Positions 52,317-63,735 are shown, counted from the first letter of the stretch. The stretch is DNA of 64,000 bases from an uncultured bacterium (GCA_963707865.1 OY970175.1:80748-144747), one strand, 5' to 3'. A program made the numbers and translations. The notes: a model not told the origin generated them from the sequence alone.

Positions 52317-52382
52317 ACAGATGGTGGGTTGGATTCAGCAATACGTTTGAACTCGCAAAGGACCCAGTAATGGGTCTTTTGC
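52317..52382 (+). ncRNA. Small RNA complementary to the upstream tRNA-like RNA
   Basis: Starts just after the consensus promoter, ends in GACCCA-GTAA-TGGGTC-TTTT; 5' 37 nt complementary to 52189-52225. Confidence 0.6.
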
Positions 52383-52461
52383 TCGCACGGGGGTATAATA
52401 AAAAACAAACACCTTTTCAGATTTCCTGAAATTTGGTAGGTTATCTCTGGGCACGTGGCGC

Positions 52462-52533
52462 GCCGGAGTAGCTCAATGGCAGAGCAATGCTTTCGTAAAG
52501 CAGAGGTTGGAGGTTCGACTCCTCTCTCCGGCT
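52462..52533 (+). tRNA. tRNA-Thr(CGT)
   Basis: GCCGGAG/CTCCGGC acceptor, TGCT-TTCGTAA-AGCA arm, GGTTCGACTCC. Confidence 0.92.
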
Positions 52534-52558
52534 CAAAGTCGAAAGTTTATTACTAAAC

Positions 52559-53609
52559 ATGAAAGAAGACATCAGACAGGAATTGCAGGAACTTGCGACC
52601 GATGCCCGCCGGTTAGGCGGGCGGCTTTGACCTGGCCGCAAAGGAAAAAAGAATAAAGGAGTTGGAGGCCGAGATGGCCGACGGAGCGTTTTGGAAGAAT
52701 CGTGCGGCGGCGGACGAAAAAATCCGCGAGCTTGGGATCTTAAACGAACTCGTCGCGCAATACCACGACATTGAAAATGGCATCGCGGCGCTCACAACTG
52801 CGACAGGGGTCGACAATTTTGACGAAGCGAAATTTTACGAACTGAAAAAGAAGTTCAAGGAATTTGAACTGAAGCGGCTGTTTACCGGGCGCTATGACGT
52901 ACAGGCGGCAGTGCTCGCGGTTTATCCCGGCGCGGGCGGCGAGGATGCAGAGGACTGGGCACGGATGTTGGGCGTTATGTACGAAAATTATGCAAAGCGC
53001 CGCGGATGGAAACTGCGGGTGATTGATGACAACATCCGCTCGCGGACAGTGGAAATAAAAGGGGATTACGCTTATGGATATTTAAAGAAAGAATCCGGTG
53101 TCCACCGCCTTGTGCGTATCTCGCCGTTCTCGCCGAAAAAACTGCGGCACACGTCGTTCGCGCTCGTGGAAGTAATTCCGGATTTGCCGCCGCTTGAAGA
53201 ATCAAAACTGCAGGTCCCGGAAAAGGATCTTAAGTTTGAATTCTATCGCTCGGGCGGTCCGGGGGGACAGAACGTGAACAAGGTGGAGACGGCGGTGCGC
53301 GTAGTGCATCTCCCGACCGGACTCACCGTGAGTTCGCAAGCGCAGCGCGCACAGGCGCAGAACCGCGAATATGCGCTCAAACTCCTCAAAGCGAAGCTTT
53401 TCAATCTGATGGAGAAGGAAAAGGTGAGCGAGATCGGCGCGTTGCGCGTGAAGGTAAAACCCGAGTGGGGGAACCAGCTCCGTTCATACGTGCTGAACCC
53501 TTACCAGATGGTGAAGGATCACCGCACGGAGGCGGAAACGGCGAAAGTGGACGCAGTGCTCGCGGGCGACTTGGACCTGTTCATTGAAGCAGAGCTTGAA
53601 ATGTTATAG
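52559..53609 (+). CDS. prfB: Peptide chain release factor 2, programmed +1 frameshift
   Basis: ORF0 of 23 codons ends CTT TGA C (52625-52631) after purine-rich AGGCGG; the +1 frame carries SPF and GGQ. Confidence 0.93.
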
Positions 53610-53632
53610 AATACAAACTGACAGCGAATTTT

Positions 53633-54316
53633 ATGATCGTTTTCCAAACAGTTTCAAAGCATTATAACCACGAAGCCACGGCGCTGGAGGAAGTGTCATT
53701 CCAGATTGATCCGGGAGAATTCGTATCACTCGCGGGCAGATCGGGTGCGGGGAAGTCCACTGTCATCAAACTTCTGATCGGCGAGGAAAAACCCACGAGA
53801 GGGCGGATATTTTTCGGGCAGTACGAAGTGAGCAAATTGGAGGATAAGGAACTGCCTGCCTTCCGGCGGCATATCGGCGTCGTATTCCAGGACTTCCGGC
53901 TTCTCCCGACCAAAAACGCGTATGAAAACGTGGCGTTCGCGCTTGAGGTGGCGGGGCGACCGCAGCGGGAGATTGCGGAGCTCGTTCCTCAAGTGCTGGA
54001 CATGGTAGGATTGGGGGATAAGATGAAAAACTTTCCGGGCGAACTTTCAGGCGGCGAACGGCAGCGCGTGGCGATCGCGCGGGCAATGATCCACCGGCCG
54101 GAAGTCGTGATCGCCGACGAGCCGACGGGCAACCTCGACCCGTTTCATACGTTTGAAATCGTGAAGCTTTTGGAGAAGATCAACCAGCTCGGTACGACGG
54201 TCGTGCTTGCGACCCACGACAAGGAAGTGATCAATAGTCTGGAGAGGAGGGTGATCACACTGGACCGCGGACGGCTCATCCGCGACGAGCAAAAGGGGAA
54301 GTATATCCTGGTGTGA
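53633..54316 (+). CDS. ftsE: Cell division ABC ATPase FtsE
   Basis: [31 protein letters not shown]. Confidence 0.93.
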   Translation: MIVFQTVSKHYNHEATALEEVSFQIDPGEFVSLAGRSGAGKSTVIKLLIGEEKPTRGRIFFGQYEVSKLEDKELPAFRRHIGVVFQDFRLLPTKNAYENVAFALEVAGRPQREIAELVPQVLDMVGLGDKMKNFPGELSGGERQRVAIARAMIHRPEVVIADEPTGNLDPFHTFEIVKLLEKINQLGTTVVLATHDKEVINSLERRVITLDRGRLIRDEQKGKYILV

Positions 54317-54360
54317 AATTTCTAATTTCTAATGACTAATTTCTAATGACCAACGTCTAA
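54317..54360 (+). repeat. Heptamer (TTTCTAA-type) repeat tract, copy 1
   Basis: AATTTCT-AATTTCT-AATGACT-AATTTCT-AATGACC. Confidence 0.75.
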
Positions 54361-55272
54361 ATGATTACAGTAATTTCGCGCATTTTCCAATTCGGGCTGA
54401 AGAACTTCCGGCGGAACGGGTGGCTTTCCATGGCTACGATAGCCATCATGACGGTTGCGCTTTTCGTATTCGGTTCACTCATCATTTTCGGCGTGATCAC
54501 CGACCGCGCCGCCTCCTCCATCCAAGACAAGATTGACATCAGCGTATATTTCAACACGAACACTTCCGAGGACCAGATTTTGAACATTCAGCAGTCGCTT
54601 GAGGGATTGTCGGAGGTGCAGAGTGTGAATTATGTTTCGCGCGATCAGGCGCTCGCGATCTTCAAGCAAAACCACGCGAACGATCCGACCGTGAGCCAGG
54701 CGATCAACGAGCTTGATACGAATCCGCTTGAAGCATCGCTCAACGTCAAAGCGAAGGATCCGAGCCAGTATGCAGCAATCGCGCAATATTTGAGTTCGCC
54801 AGACATCACACAGTACCTTGATGGCCAGCCGAGCTATTACAACAACCAGACCGTGATTGAAAGGCTTGCAAAGATCGTAAAGATGGTGGAGACCGGCGGA
54901 TTTGTCATCGCGCTGCTCCTTGCGATCATTGCCGGACTTGTCGCATTCAACACTATCCGGCTTGCTATCTATTCCAACCGCGAGGAAATCGGTGTCATGC
55001 GCGTGGTGGGCGCTTCCAATGCCCTCGTGCGCGGACCGTATGTGGTGGAGGGCGTGCTCTGTGGCGCGATCTCAACGGTCATCAGCTTGATTCTGATCGC
55101 GCCCATACTCTATTTCGTTTCGCCGTATCTTGACGTATTTATCCCCGGCCTAAGCATTTTTCAGTACTTCTATAGCCATATCCTACGGTTTCTCCTTTAC
55201 GAACTTCTCTTCGGCGTTGTGATCGGCGGACTTTCCAGCTTCATCGCGGTGAGGCGGTACCTGAGAAACTAG
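54361..55272 (+). CDS. ftsX: Cell division permease FtsX
   Basis: NPL..S, NTIRLAIY..REEI.VMR.VGAS...VRGPY..EG. Confidence 0.92.
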   Translation: MITVISRIFQFGLKNFRRNGWLSMATIAIMTVALFVFGSLIIFGVITDRAASSIQDKIDISVYFNTNTSEDQILNIQQSLEGLSEVQSVNYVSRDQALAIFKQNHANDPTVSQAINELDTNPLEASLNVKAKDPSQYAAIAQYLSSPDITQYLDGQPSYYNNQTVIERLAKIVKMVETGGFVIALLLAIIAGLVAFNTIRLAIYSNREEIGVMRVVGASNALVRGPYVVEGVLCGAISTVISLILIAPILYFVSPYLDVFIPGLSIFQYFYSHILRFLLYELLFGVVIGGLSSFIAVRRYLRN

Positions 55273-55424
55273 CCCTGCGATACTGCTTTTGGGAGCCAGA
55301 ATAAAATCCCTCCTGCGGGGATTTTTTCTTGCCGCTCGCCCCGATTGCCGAAATGCACGCAATGGCATTTCGGACCAAGCCAATCGGGGCTGCGCGATCC
55401 TCCCCAAAGCAGTATCGCAAGGCT
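55271..55424. repeat. 154-bp multi-hairpin element with long terminal inverted repeat
   Basis: AGCCCTGCGATACTGCTTTTGGGAG ... CTCCCCAAAGCAGTATCGCAAGGCT enclosing two hairpins. Confidence 0.7.
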
Positions 55425-55682
55425 GTTTATCCGTTTCCGTTGTAAGCGATCGGTTCCACAGCGCGTCTGTATCCATGTATAATAAAACCAAGATCGTATG
55501 AAAAATCATGCGAAAGTGGGAAATCGGCCGGGGCGGCCGGCATATCGGACGGCATCGCAGTTCAGATATCGGAAATATACGAATACGCTCAAAGCAAAGA
55601 CAAGCGGAAAGCGGGTTTTATTAAAAAATCGTTAAACAAGGGGATTTTTACATTCCACAATTTTCTGCTATAATTCCCTCGT

Positions 55683-56444
55683 ATGTTGCAGATTTCCCTT
55701 CGCGCGGAAGAGATTTTTCGTGTCGGGAGCTTCCCGGTGACGAATGCGGTTCTCCTGGCCGTACTTGTTCTTGTGCTTTTGACCGTGGTAGCGGTCGTGT
55801 TGCGGCGCAAGTTTTCTTTTATTCCCGGACATGCGCAGGGCATCATGGAGATACTCCTTGAAGGCGCCCTCGGACTCATGGGCTCCGTGCTCGGCAGCCG
55901 GAAAAAGGCGGAAAAATACATGCCACTCGTGTTCACGGTCTTCTTTTTCATTTTATGCTCAAACTGGCTCGGGCTTTTCCCCGGGGTGAGCTCCATCGTG
56001 GTCCACCAAGGGAGCGAGTCGGTCCCGCTCCTGCGTTCGCCCGCGAGCGACCTTAACTTTACGCTAGCGCTCGCGCTCATCGCGGTCACCTTCGCGAACG
56101 CGTTCGGCGTCGCAGCGGTGGGATTAAAGGCGCGCCTTTCGGTTTTCTTCAATTTCAAGGGACCCATAGACTTTTTCGTGGGCATCCTTGAACTTGTCTC
56201 AGAATTTGCTAAGATTATTTCGTTCTCATTCCGGCTCTTCGGGAACATTTTTGCGGGGGAGGTGCTTCTGGCCATCATGGCCTTTTTGGTACCGTATCTG
56301 GCGCCACTGCCCTTCATGTTTCTGGAGATCTTCGTCGGGTTCATCCAGGCGTTCATCTTCGGGATGCTTACCCTCGTGTTCGTCGCCATTGCGGTCTCGC
56401 ACGGCGAAGATTTTGACGAACACGCCGTCGAAAAGGTCGCATAA
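55683..56444 (+). CDS. atpB: ATP synthase subunit a
   Basis: NWLGL.PG, RSP.SDLN, SFSFRLFGNIFAGE, IQA.IF. Confidence 0.95.
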   Translation: MLQISLRAEEIFRVGSFPVTNAVLLAVLVLVLLTVVAVVLRRKFSFIPGHAQGIMEILLEGALGLMGSVLGSRKKAEKYMPLVFTVFFFILCSNWLGLFPGVSSIVVHQGSESVPLLRSPASDLNFTLALALIAVTFANAFGVAAVGLKARLSVFFNFKGPIDFFVGILELVSEFAKIISFSFRLFGNIFAGEVLLAIMAFLVPYLAPLPFMFLEIFVGFIQAFIFGMLTLVFVAIAVSHGEDFDEHAVEKVA

Positions 56445-56467
56445 ACTTCATTCAAAAACAATTACGC

Positions 56468-56695
56468 ATGGACGTTAACAGTATTCGGCTTCTTGCCACA
56501 TTCGGCGCCATCGGCATGGGCACCATCGTGCCCGCGATCGCGATCGGCTGGATCGGTTCAAAGGCGGTGGATGCGATCGGGAGGAATCCCGAAGCGGCGA
56601 CCAAGGTGCAAACGATGGCGATCCTGGCCATCGCGTTCGCGGAAGCCATCGCGATCTATTCGCTTGTCATTGCCCTCATCATCCAGTTCGTATAA
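56468..56695 (+). CDS. atpE: ATP synthase subunit c
   Basis: RNPEA loop, FAEAIAIY. Confidence 0.95.
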   Translation: MDVNSIRLLATFGAIGMGTIVPAIAIGWIGSKAVDAIGRNPEAATKVQTMAILAIAFAEAIAIYSLVIALIIQFV

Positions 56696-56721
56696 CAGAC
56701 TAGCAGCGAGAATTAGGCCTT

Positions 56722-57225
56722 ATGCAACAATTGTTTTCACAACTTGGCATTGACTGGCACCTGCTCTTGAGTCAGGCGGTCAATTTTTTCCTGCTTCTCG
56801 CGGTCCTGCGGATTTTCGTTTACAAGCCGCTTTTGAAGCTTCTGCATGACCGGCGGGCAAGGATTGAGGAGGGGCTTACGAAGGCCGACGAGGCCGACCG
56901 GCGCCTCGCGGAAGTGGAGGAGATCGGCAAAGGGAAAATAAAAGAGGCGGAAGTGCAGGCGGTCGGCATTCTCAAGAAGACCGAGACCGATGCGAAGGGA
57001 CTTGAAGCGAAGATGCTCGCCGAGGCGAAGCGCAAAGAAGCGGAAGCGATGCGGGACATGGGTGAACGCGTTCGGGCCAAGGAAGAGGACGCGAGAAAAG
57101 CAATGGACAAGGAAGCCGCGGCGCTCGTGCGGCGCGCCATCGCAAAAACCGTGGAAATGTCGCCGGAGAAAATTGATGATACCTTGATCGCGAAGGCGGT
57201 GGAAGAAGCAAAACGAACCACATGA
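56722..57225 (+). CDS. atpF: ATP synthase subunit b
   Basis: Q.VNF.LL...YKP....DRR..I. Confidence 0.92.
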   Translation: MQQLFSQLGIDWHLLLSQAVNFFLLLAVLRIFVYKPLLKLLHDRRARIEEGLTKADEADRRLAEVEEIGKGKIKEAEVQAVGILKKTETDAKGLEAKMLAEAKRKEAEAMRDMGERVRAKEEDARKAMDKEAAALVRRAIAKTVEMSPEKIDDTLIAKAVEEAKRTT

Positions 57226-57617
57226 AATACCCCGCTCACATTTATGCGAAAGCGCTTGCCGAGGTAATCGTGGCGACGCAAGGGAAGAGTGGCGCAGCGC
57301 AGGACGCGATTGTGGCGCGGTTCATTGCACTTGTACGAAGGAATGGCGATGAATCGCATTTGCGCAAGTTGGTGGAAGAAGCGGCGCGATTCGTGAGGGG
57401 GAAGCGTGGCGTGCGGAAGGTAACCATAGCAACGGCAAGGCCGCTTTCCGCGGCGCAGAGGAAAGTGTTTCAGGAACTCATAAAGTCGGGAGATGTCGTT
57501 GAGGAACAAATGAACCCGGAGCTTGTGGCGGGAGTAAGGATTATGATCAACGACGAGCTTCAATTTGATGGTTCACTGAAGGGAAAGCTCGATAAATTGT
57601 TAATGTCTAATTTCTGA
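57222..57617 (+). CDS. atpH: ATP synthase subunit delta (short)
   Basis: YAKAL, TARPL, P.L.AG......DGSL; operon position. Confidence 0.85.
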   Translation: MKYPAHIYAKALAEVIVATQGKSGAAQDAIVARFIALVRRNGDESHLRKLVEEAARFVRGKRGVRKVTIATARPLSAAQRKVFQELIKSGDVVEEQMNPELVAGVRIMINDELQFDGSLKGKLDKLLMSNF

Positions 57618-57661
57618 TATCGAATGTTCAATTGGTCATTAGAAATTAAGCATTAGAAATT
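57601..57661. repeat. Heptamer repeat tract, copy 2 (forward then inverted)
   Basis: 57632-57661 matches the reverse complement of 54324-54353 at 28/30. Confidence 0.75.
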
Positions 57662-57665
57662 CACC

Positions 57666-59192
57666 ATGTCTTACGAAATAATAGAAAAATTAAAACGGGA
57701 GATCGAGGGATACAAAGAAAAGCTTGAATGGCAAGAAATCGGCCGCGTGATTGAGGTCGGGGACGGCATCGTGAAAATCCTCGGCCTGCGGAATGCCGTG
57801 AGCCAGGAGATTTTGAACATTGAAACCCCGCACGGCGTGCGCACGGCGCTTGCGCTCAGCCTTGAGGAGGAATCCATCGGCGCTCTGGTGCTTGATGATT
57901 TTTTGGCGATCGAGGTCGGGAACACAGTGAAGCGCACCGGCCAGGTGCTCTCTATTGAGGTGGGCGAGGAACTTATCGGGCGCGTGGTGAATCCCTTGGG
58001 TATGCCCCTTGATGGGCGCGGACCCATTTTTAAAACCAACGAGAAGCCGGCGCGGAATCCGCTGGAGGCAAGAGCGCCCTCAGTTCTGGAGCGCGAATCG
58101 GTGAATACGCCGCTCCATACGGGGCTGAAAGCCATTGACTCTATGATCCCGATTGGTCGTGGCCAGCGTGAGCTTATCATCGGCGACCGACAGGTGGGGA
58201 AAACGGCGCTTGCGTTGGACACTATTTTGAATCAATTGAACGATAAAACGCGGCGCACACCAATTTGCATTTACGTAGCGATCGGCCAGAAAGAATCCAA
58301 GATTGTGAAAATCGCGGAGACGCTCAAAAAATTTGATGCTCTGAAGTACAGCATCATCATTTCCGCGTCGGCATCATCGCCCGCGGCGCTGTGGTATCTG
58401 GCTCCCTACGCCGGGTGCGCGATTGGCGAATATTTTAGAGACAAGGGCATGGATGCGCTCGTCGTATACGACGACCTTTCAAAGCATGCATGGGCATACC
58501 GGCAGATTTCGCTCCTGCTCCGGCGCCCGCCAGGCCGCGAGGCATATCCGGGCGACATTTTCTACCTGCACTCGCGTTTGCTTGAGCGTGCCGCGAAACT
58601 CTCCAAGGAAAAAGGCAGCGGATCCTTGACGGCGCTGCCAATCGTTGAGACGCAGCTCGGCGACGTGACGGCATATATTCCGACCAACATCATTTCCATC
58701 ACGGATGGCCAAATTTATCTGGAGTCGGACCTCTTTTACCAGGGCTTGCGACCGGCACTCAACGTCGGTATTTCCGTATCGCGCGTGGGTTCCGCCGCAC
58801 AGACGAAAGCGATGAAAAAAGTGGCAGGCAAATTGCGTTTGGCCCACGCGCAATTCCGCGAGCTCCAGGCGTTCGTTCAGTTCGCGACCGACGTGGATGA
58901 AGCGACGAAAAAGAAAATCGCGCAAGGCCAGAAAATCAACGAGGTTTTGAAGCAGGAAGACCTCGCGCCCGTGCCGTTTGAGAAGCAGGTGTGCATCTTC
59001 TACGCGGTGCTCAACAACTATTTTGAGAACGTTGCAGTGGAAGACATCAAAAAAACCGAAGATGGCTTGCTGGACTATTTGGAAAAACTTCACGAAAACG
59101 ACATTCTAAAACCGATCCGCGATACCGGCGATTTCTCCGACGCAACGGAAGCGAAATTAAAAGAAGCTACCATGCGCTTCCTCACCAAATAA
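57666..59192 (+). CDS. atpA: ATP synthase subunit alpha
   Basis: [34 protein letters not shown]. Confidence 0.97.
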   Translation: MSYEIIEKLKREIEGYKEKLEWQEIGRVIEVGDGIVKILGLRNAVSQEILNIETPHGVRTALALSLEEESIGALVLDDFLAIEVGNTVKRTGQVLSIEVGEELIGRVVNPLGMPLDGRGPIFKTNEKPARNPLEARAPSVLERESVNTPLHTGLKAIDSMIPIGRGQRELIIGDRQVGKTALALDTILNQLNDKTRRTPICIYVAIGQKESKIVKIAETLKKFDALKYSIIISASASSPAALWYLAPYAGCAIGEYFRDKGMDALVVYDDLSKHAWAYRQISLLLRRPPGREAYPGDIFYLHSRLLERAAKLSKEKGSGSLTALPIVETQLGDVTAYIPTNIISITDGQIYLESDLFYQGLRPALNVGISVSRVGSAAQTKAMKKVAGKLRLAHAQFRELQAFVQFATDVDEATKKKIAQGQKINEVLKQEDLAPVPFEKQVCIFYAVLNNYFENVAVEDIKKTEDGLLDYLEKLHENDILKPIRDTGDFSDATEAKLKEATMRFLTK

Positions 59193-60125
59193 ATGGAATC
59201 GGCACAGAACCTCAAACGACGCATAAAGAGCGTCCAGAATATCGGGCAGATCACGAAGGCGATGGAACTTGTGGCGGCCACAAAGATGCGCCGTGCGCAG
59301 GAGCTCGCACTCACTTCACGGCCGTATGCCTATACCGCGCTTGAGCTTTTGGCCATCCTTTCCGAGCTCAAGGACGTACCGATGCCGGAACTCCTCGTTG
59401 CGCGGCCGGTCATAAAAACGGTATTCATGATCGTGACCTCCGATAAAGGGCTTGCGGGCTCGTTCAACAGTGCTGTCATTCGCAGGTTTGAACATTTTCT
59501 CCGATCAGAACATATTGATCCGCACAATCCGCAATATGCTTTTGTTGCGATCGGCCAGAAAGCGAAGATCTATCTTGAGCGGCGAAAACTCAACGTGGTT
59601 GGGACCTTCACACGCGTGGGCGATTACACGAAGCGGGAAGAGGTGGAACCCATTTCCAATTTTTTGATTGAGGGATTTTTGAGACACGATTTTGACAGCG
59701 TGGTCGTATTCTTCACCACATTCGTGACCGCGTTGCGGCAGGACGCCGTCGCGCGTGAGTTCCTGCCCATCGGATACGAGATGATCAAGCAATCCATTGA
59801 AGAGACCATCCCGCGCGCCGGGCGGTATTCCGAATACGCAAAGTCGGAATCATTCTTTGACGGGAAGGAGCGGGATTACCTTATTGAGCCGTCGCCGAAA
59901 GAAGTGCTTGCGGAACTTGCGCCGGAACTTCTGAAGATTCGTATTTACCACGCGATTTTGGAGGCGAACGCTTCGGAGCATTCCGCGCGGCGCGTGGCAA
60001 TGAAGAACGCGTCCGACAACGCCTCCGAACTTTCCCAGGACCTAAACATGGAATACAATAAATCGCGACAGGCCAACATCACGCGGGAAATCATTGAGGT
60101 CACGTCCGGCGCGAAAACAGCGTAA
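59193..60125 (+). CDS. atpG: ATP synthase subunit gamma
   Basis: ITKAMELVAA, DKGLAG, RQA.IT.EI.E. Confidence 0.96.
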   Translation: MESAQNLKRRIKSVQNIGQITKAMELVAATKMRRAQELALTSRPYAYTALELLAILSELKDVPMPELLVARPVIKTVFMIVTSDKGLAGSFNSAVIRRFEHFLRSEHIDPHNPQYAFVAIGQKAKIYLERRKLNVVGTFTRVGDYTKREEVEPISNFLIEGFLRHDFDSVVVFFTTFVTALRQDAVAREFLPIGYEMIKQSIEETIPRAGRYSEYAKSESFFDGKERDYLIEPSPKEVLAELAPELLKIRIYHAILEANASEHSARRVAMKNASDNASELSQDLNMEYNKSRQANITREIIEVTSGAKTA

Positions 60126-60132
60126 TGAATAA

Positions 60133-61554
<1,422 letters not shown>

Positions 61555-61560
61555 ATTAAC

Positions 61561-61806
61561 ATGAAGGTGGGCGTCTATTCATTGCAAAAAGTGTTGTTTC
61601 AGGGCGAGGCGTCTTCGGTGAATTGCCGCACGCGGATAGGGGAGATCACCATTTTGAATCACCATCGCCCGCTCATTTCAGTTTTGAGCAAAGGAACGAT
61701 GAAAATCGTTGACAACGATGAGAAAGAGCATTACATTCCTGTGAGCTCCGGCTTCTTGGAAGTCCGTTCGGGGAACGAAGCGAGATTTTTGGTGGAGGAA
61801 GCATAG
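61561..61806 (+). CDS. atpC: ATP synthase subunit epsilon (N-terminal domain only)
   Basis: GEITIL.HH.PLIS.L..G, SGFLEV; follows atpD. Confidence 0.85.
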   Translation: MKVGVYSLQKVLFQGEASSVNCRTRIGEITILNHHRPLISVLSKGTMKIVDNDEKEHYIPVSSGFLEVRSGNEARFLVEEA

Positions 61807-61808
61807 CG

Positions 61809-62219
61809 ATGAAGAAAATTTTTGATTTTCAGTCGCCGCGCGAGCATTATCATAATCACGAGGCGTTTCTCTGGTGTTCCGACCAGCGCTTTGAGGAAGT
61901 GCGGCACGCGTTTGCGAAGGCGGGCAATTTCAATACGCCGGATCCGCTCCTTATAGCCGGCGGGGTGAAGTCGCTCGTCGCGCCTACGGACCCGCGTGAC
62001 CGGGAGTTCGTCCTTGAGCAAATTGAGGTGCTCATGGGGCATGGGTTCAGAACGCTCTATGCGATGGCGCATATGAACTGTGCCGCATGCGGCGGGAACA
62101 CCGACCGGGCATTCTACGAGGACACGCTCAAAAAGGCAGGGGAGATCATTCGCAATCGCATTCCCGACCTCAACGTTCGTCTCGTTTTTGCCGATTTCGA
62201 CGGCTTGTATGAAGTATAA
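61809..62219 (+). CDS. Beta-carbonic-anhydrase-like protein
   Basis: CSD.R, AGG, H..C zinc ligands. Confidence 0.65.
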   Translation: MKKIFDFQSPREHYHNHEAFLWCSDQRFEEVRHAFAKAGNFNTPDPLLIAGGVKSLVAPTDPRDREFVLEQIEVLMGHGFRTLYAMAHMNCAACGGNTDRAFYEDTLKKAGEIIRNRIPDLNVRLVFADFDGLYEV

Positions 62220-62511
62220 TAAGCTCGTGCGCGACAAGATTCCTGAGCACATCCGCAAAAGAGGCGGAAAGCCGATCTATCACGTGGCGACCGGAGCGGA
62301 ATACTGGAAGAAGTTGAAGGAAAAATTGTACGAAGAGATTGGGGAATTCGTACGGGACGAAAGTCCCGAGGAATTCGCCGACCTTCTTGAGGTGATTGAT
62401 GCTGTTGCGGATTACAAGAAATTTGATCGAAAGCGAATAGTAAAGATGAGAAAACAGAAAGTGGGAGAGCGAGGGCAATTCAAAAAAAGGATTATTCTTG
62501 ACAAATCTTAG
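62209..62511 (+). CDS. MazG-like NTP pyrophosphohydrolase
   Basis: YNKLVRDKIP, KL.EE..EF, EE.ADLLEV, K..ERG.F. Confidence 0.85.
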   Translation: MKYNKLVRDKIPEHIRKRGGKPIYHVATGAEYWKKLKEKLYEEIGEFVRDESPEEFADLLEVIDAVADYKKFDRKRIVKMRKQKVGERGQFKKRIILDKS

Positions 62512-62516
62512 TTCTT

Positions 62517-62783
62517 ATGAAGACCTCTCAAAAATCTTTTGCCGAAAAAGTACATGCGGTGGTGGCGAAGATCCCGCGCGGGAAAACGCTTACCTATAAA
62601 GAGGTCGCGCGGCGGGCGGGGAGTCCGCGGGCATATCGCGCGGTCGGAAATATTTTGAACAAGAACCGGAATCCCAAAGTGCCGTGCCACCGCGTCACGC
62701 GCTCGGACGGCGATCCGGGCGGATTTGCATGGGGCCGCAAAAAGAAGATAATGATGTTGCAGCGCGAAGGAGCGCTCCCGTAG
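62517..62783 (+). CDS. O6-alkylguanine alkyltransferase (MGMT family, single domain)
   Basis: IPRG..LTY..VA, RAVG, VPCHRV. Confidence 0.88.
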   Translation: MKTSQKSFAEKVHAVVAKIPRGKTLTYKEVARRAGSPRAYRAVGNILNKNRNPKVPCHRVTRSDGDPGGFAWGRKKKIMMLQREGALP

Positions 62784-62792
62784 GGAAATAAC

Positions 62793-63260
62793 ATGCCAAC
62801 GCTCAAGATATTGAAAATAATAGTAATCGTTTTCGCGGTTATCATCGTGGTACTTCTCGGTGTGCTTGTATTCGTGAAGCCGGTCCAAGGACCCACGGTA
62901 CCTGTGACCGAGAACTCCGCACCGGCCACTTCGCCCGACGGGCGCGTCGTCGTGACGTCGCCGCTCCCGAATGTGCTTGTCTCTTCACCTCTCGCGATCT
63001 CGGGAACCGTGACCGGCGGCGGTTGGTTCTTTGAGGCGGTCTTCCCGGTGAAGGTTCTGGACGGCGATGGCACGATACTTGGACAAGGCCAGGCACAGGC
63101 GCAAAGCGACCGGATGACGACCGGCACCGTGCCCTTCGCAGTGAGCATTCCATTTACAACGCCCAAATATGCGACCGGCACGATTGTATTCGCAAAAGAC
63201 AACCCGTCCGGTCTGCCCACGAACGCCGAGGAATTCAGCGTTCCCGTGAGATTCCAATAA
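62793..63260 (+). CDS. Gmad2 immunoglobulin-like domain membrane protein
   Basis: TM helix, SPL.I.G...G.WFFEA.FPV, DNPSGLP. Confidence 0.8.
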   Translation: MPTLKILKIIVIVFAVIIVVLLGVLVFVKPVQGPTVPVTENSAPATSPDGRVVVTSPLPNVLVSSPLAISGTVTGGGWFFEAVFPVKVLDGDGTILGQGQAQAQSDRMTTGTVPFAVSIPFTTPKYATGTIVFAKDNPSGLPTNAEEFSVPVRFQ

Positions 63261-63267
63261 GATCCCG

Positions 63268-63720
63268 ATGGTTGAAAACGGCCCTCAAACGAATCTAGCG
63301 GAGAGTTTTCCCGTGACAGGGCCCCAAACCTTCAAAAGCCTTGCGGAGACGGGCGGCAAGTTGTGGGACGTTGTCCAGAAGAGGTTGTGCGATCTCGGAT
63401 GGAGCGAAGAGGAAGCGTACAACTTCGGCTATGCCGTGCACGAAGTGTTTGTGAACGCGGTGAAACATGGCAACAAGGGCGACGCCACAAAGGACGTAGT
63501 GGTCACCTGCAATCTTGGCAAAACGGTAGCCGAAGCGACCGTTGAAGACGAAGGGAAAGGCTTCAATATCAATCAGGTTGCTGATCCTCTTGCTGGAGAG
63601 AATCTCCTCAAAGAAAGCGGCCGAGGTCTTTTTATCATAAGGAATGCAAAGTGTGAGATAGGGGTTTCACAAGGAGAGAAGGGGTGCAAGGTGACCTTGC
63701 GAAAGAGGCGAGAATTTTAA
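63268..63720 (+). CDS. RsbW-like anti-sigma / HATPase protein
   Basis: E..VNAVKHGN, DEGKGF, SGRGL. Confidence 0.82.
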   Translation: MVENGPQTNLAESFPVTGPQTFKSLAETGGKLWDVVQKRLCDLGWSEEEAYNFGYAVHEVFVNAVKHGNKGDATKDVVVTCNLGKTVAEATVEDEGKGFNINQVADPLAGENLLKESGRGLFIIRNAKCEIGVSQGEKGCKVTLRKRREF

Positions 63721-63735
63721 CATAAGTTAATTTTT

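Noticed and set aside
52183-52382. Classic permuted two-piece tmRNA
   Set aside because: Both acceptor strands lie in one short unit in normal order, unlike permuted ssrA genes.
54317-54360. Repeat tracts as a CRISPR array
   Set aside because: 7-nt tandem units with no spacers; no cas genes in the window.
55498-55635. 45-aa basic ORF after a TATAAT box upstream of atpB
   Set aside because: No recognisable motif, not AtpI-like (no TM); may be chance.
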